64,000 nucleotides of DNA from Nitrospirota bacterium (lineage in GTDB: Bacteria; Nitrospirota; UBA9217), in assembly GCA_963737155.1 (NCBI GenBank), contig CAVTRN010000001.1, positions 96,001 through 160,000 of the forward strand. Reading direction: 5' to 3'. Positions 63,782 through 64,000 of this stretch are shown here, piece by piece (positions within the stretch are counted from its first letter, which is position 1; every line of letters starts with the position of its first letter). A program made the translations under genes and the position numbers. The notes beneath the pieces were generated by a model. The model saw only the letters and a list, made by a program, of their open reading frames with translations. It was not told the DNA's origin and searched no databases.

Positions 63782-64000
63782 GCCTTATCCCCCCTTCTTT
63801 CTTGACTCCTATAAATCAAGACACCGGTTCTGATAAAAGGTTTAACGAAATGATACGTTAAACCGGAAATCCGAATGCTACGTGATAGATTTCAGGCTTT
63901 CCGGCCGGGTTGCAAAACTTCAGACAGAAATACACGAACCAAGCGTGAATCAAATATGCAGGTGTTTGGTAACCTTAGACGTTCGTATGGCAAAATATTC

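Overview
Bacterial DNA, probably from an anaerobic or microaerophilic Nitrospirota- or Desulfobacterota-like organism (inference from gene content). Bases 1-8 kb are GC-richer and look like core genome: lactate oxidation genes (LutC, LutB-CCG fusion, FAD/Fe-S D-lactate dehydrogenase) and a PocR-PAS kinase/NarL pair. The rest is a more AT-rich mosaic. (i) An exosortase-H-like pair with a broken substrate gene. (ii) A 13.7-kb signalling block (14782-28460) bounded by IS21-type multi-repeat ends and a 5-bp target duplication, with no transposase inside. (iii) A minus-strand metal/redox envelope region (28.5-39.3 kb): three NosL-family proteins without nosZ, redoxins, a beta-barrel, a Met-rich lipoprotein, decayed SCO/PCuAC, a Tat-exported Fe-SOD, TatA and a split-Soret-like cytochrome. 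Two of its units start with leaderless CxxxC/E(R,H)PP leader peptides, and three contain copies of an unannotated ~240-nt structured RNA element. This is the best candidate for a new regulatory system. (iv) An ISL3 carrying an MNT-HEPN toxin-antitoxin pair. (v) A 41.5-56 kb stretch punctuated by five co-oriented ~100-bp repeats, containing an IS110 remnant, an ArsC lacking its catalytic Cys, and an ArsM-like methyltransferase with two in-frame UGA codons, each followed by a SECIS-like hairpin. No rRNA, tRNA or CRISPR array was seen. All family assignments are by motif recognition and no searches were run.
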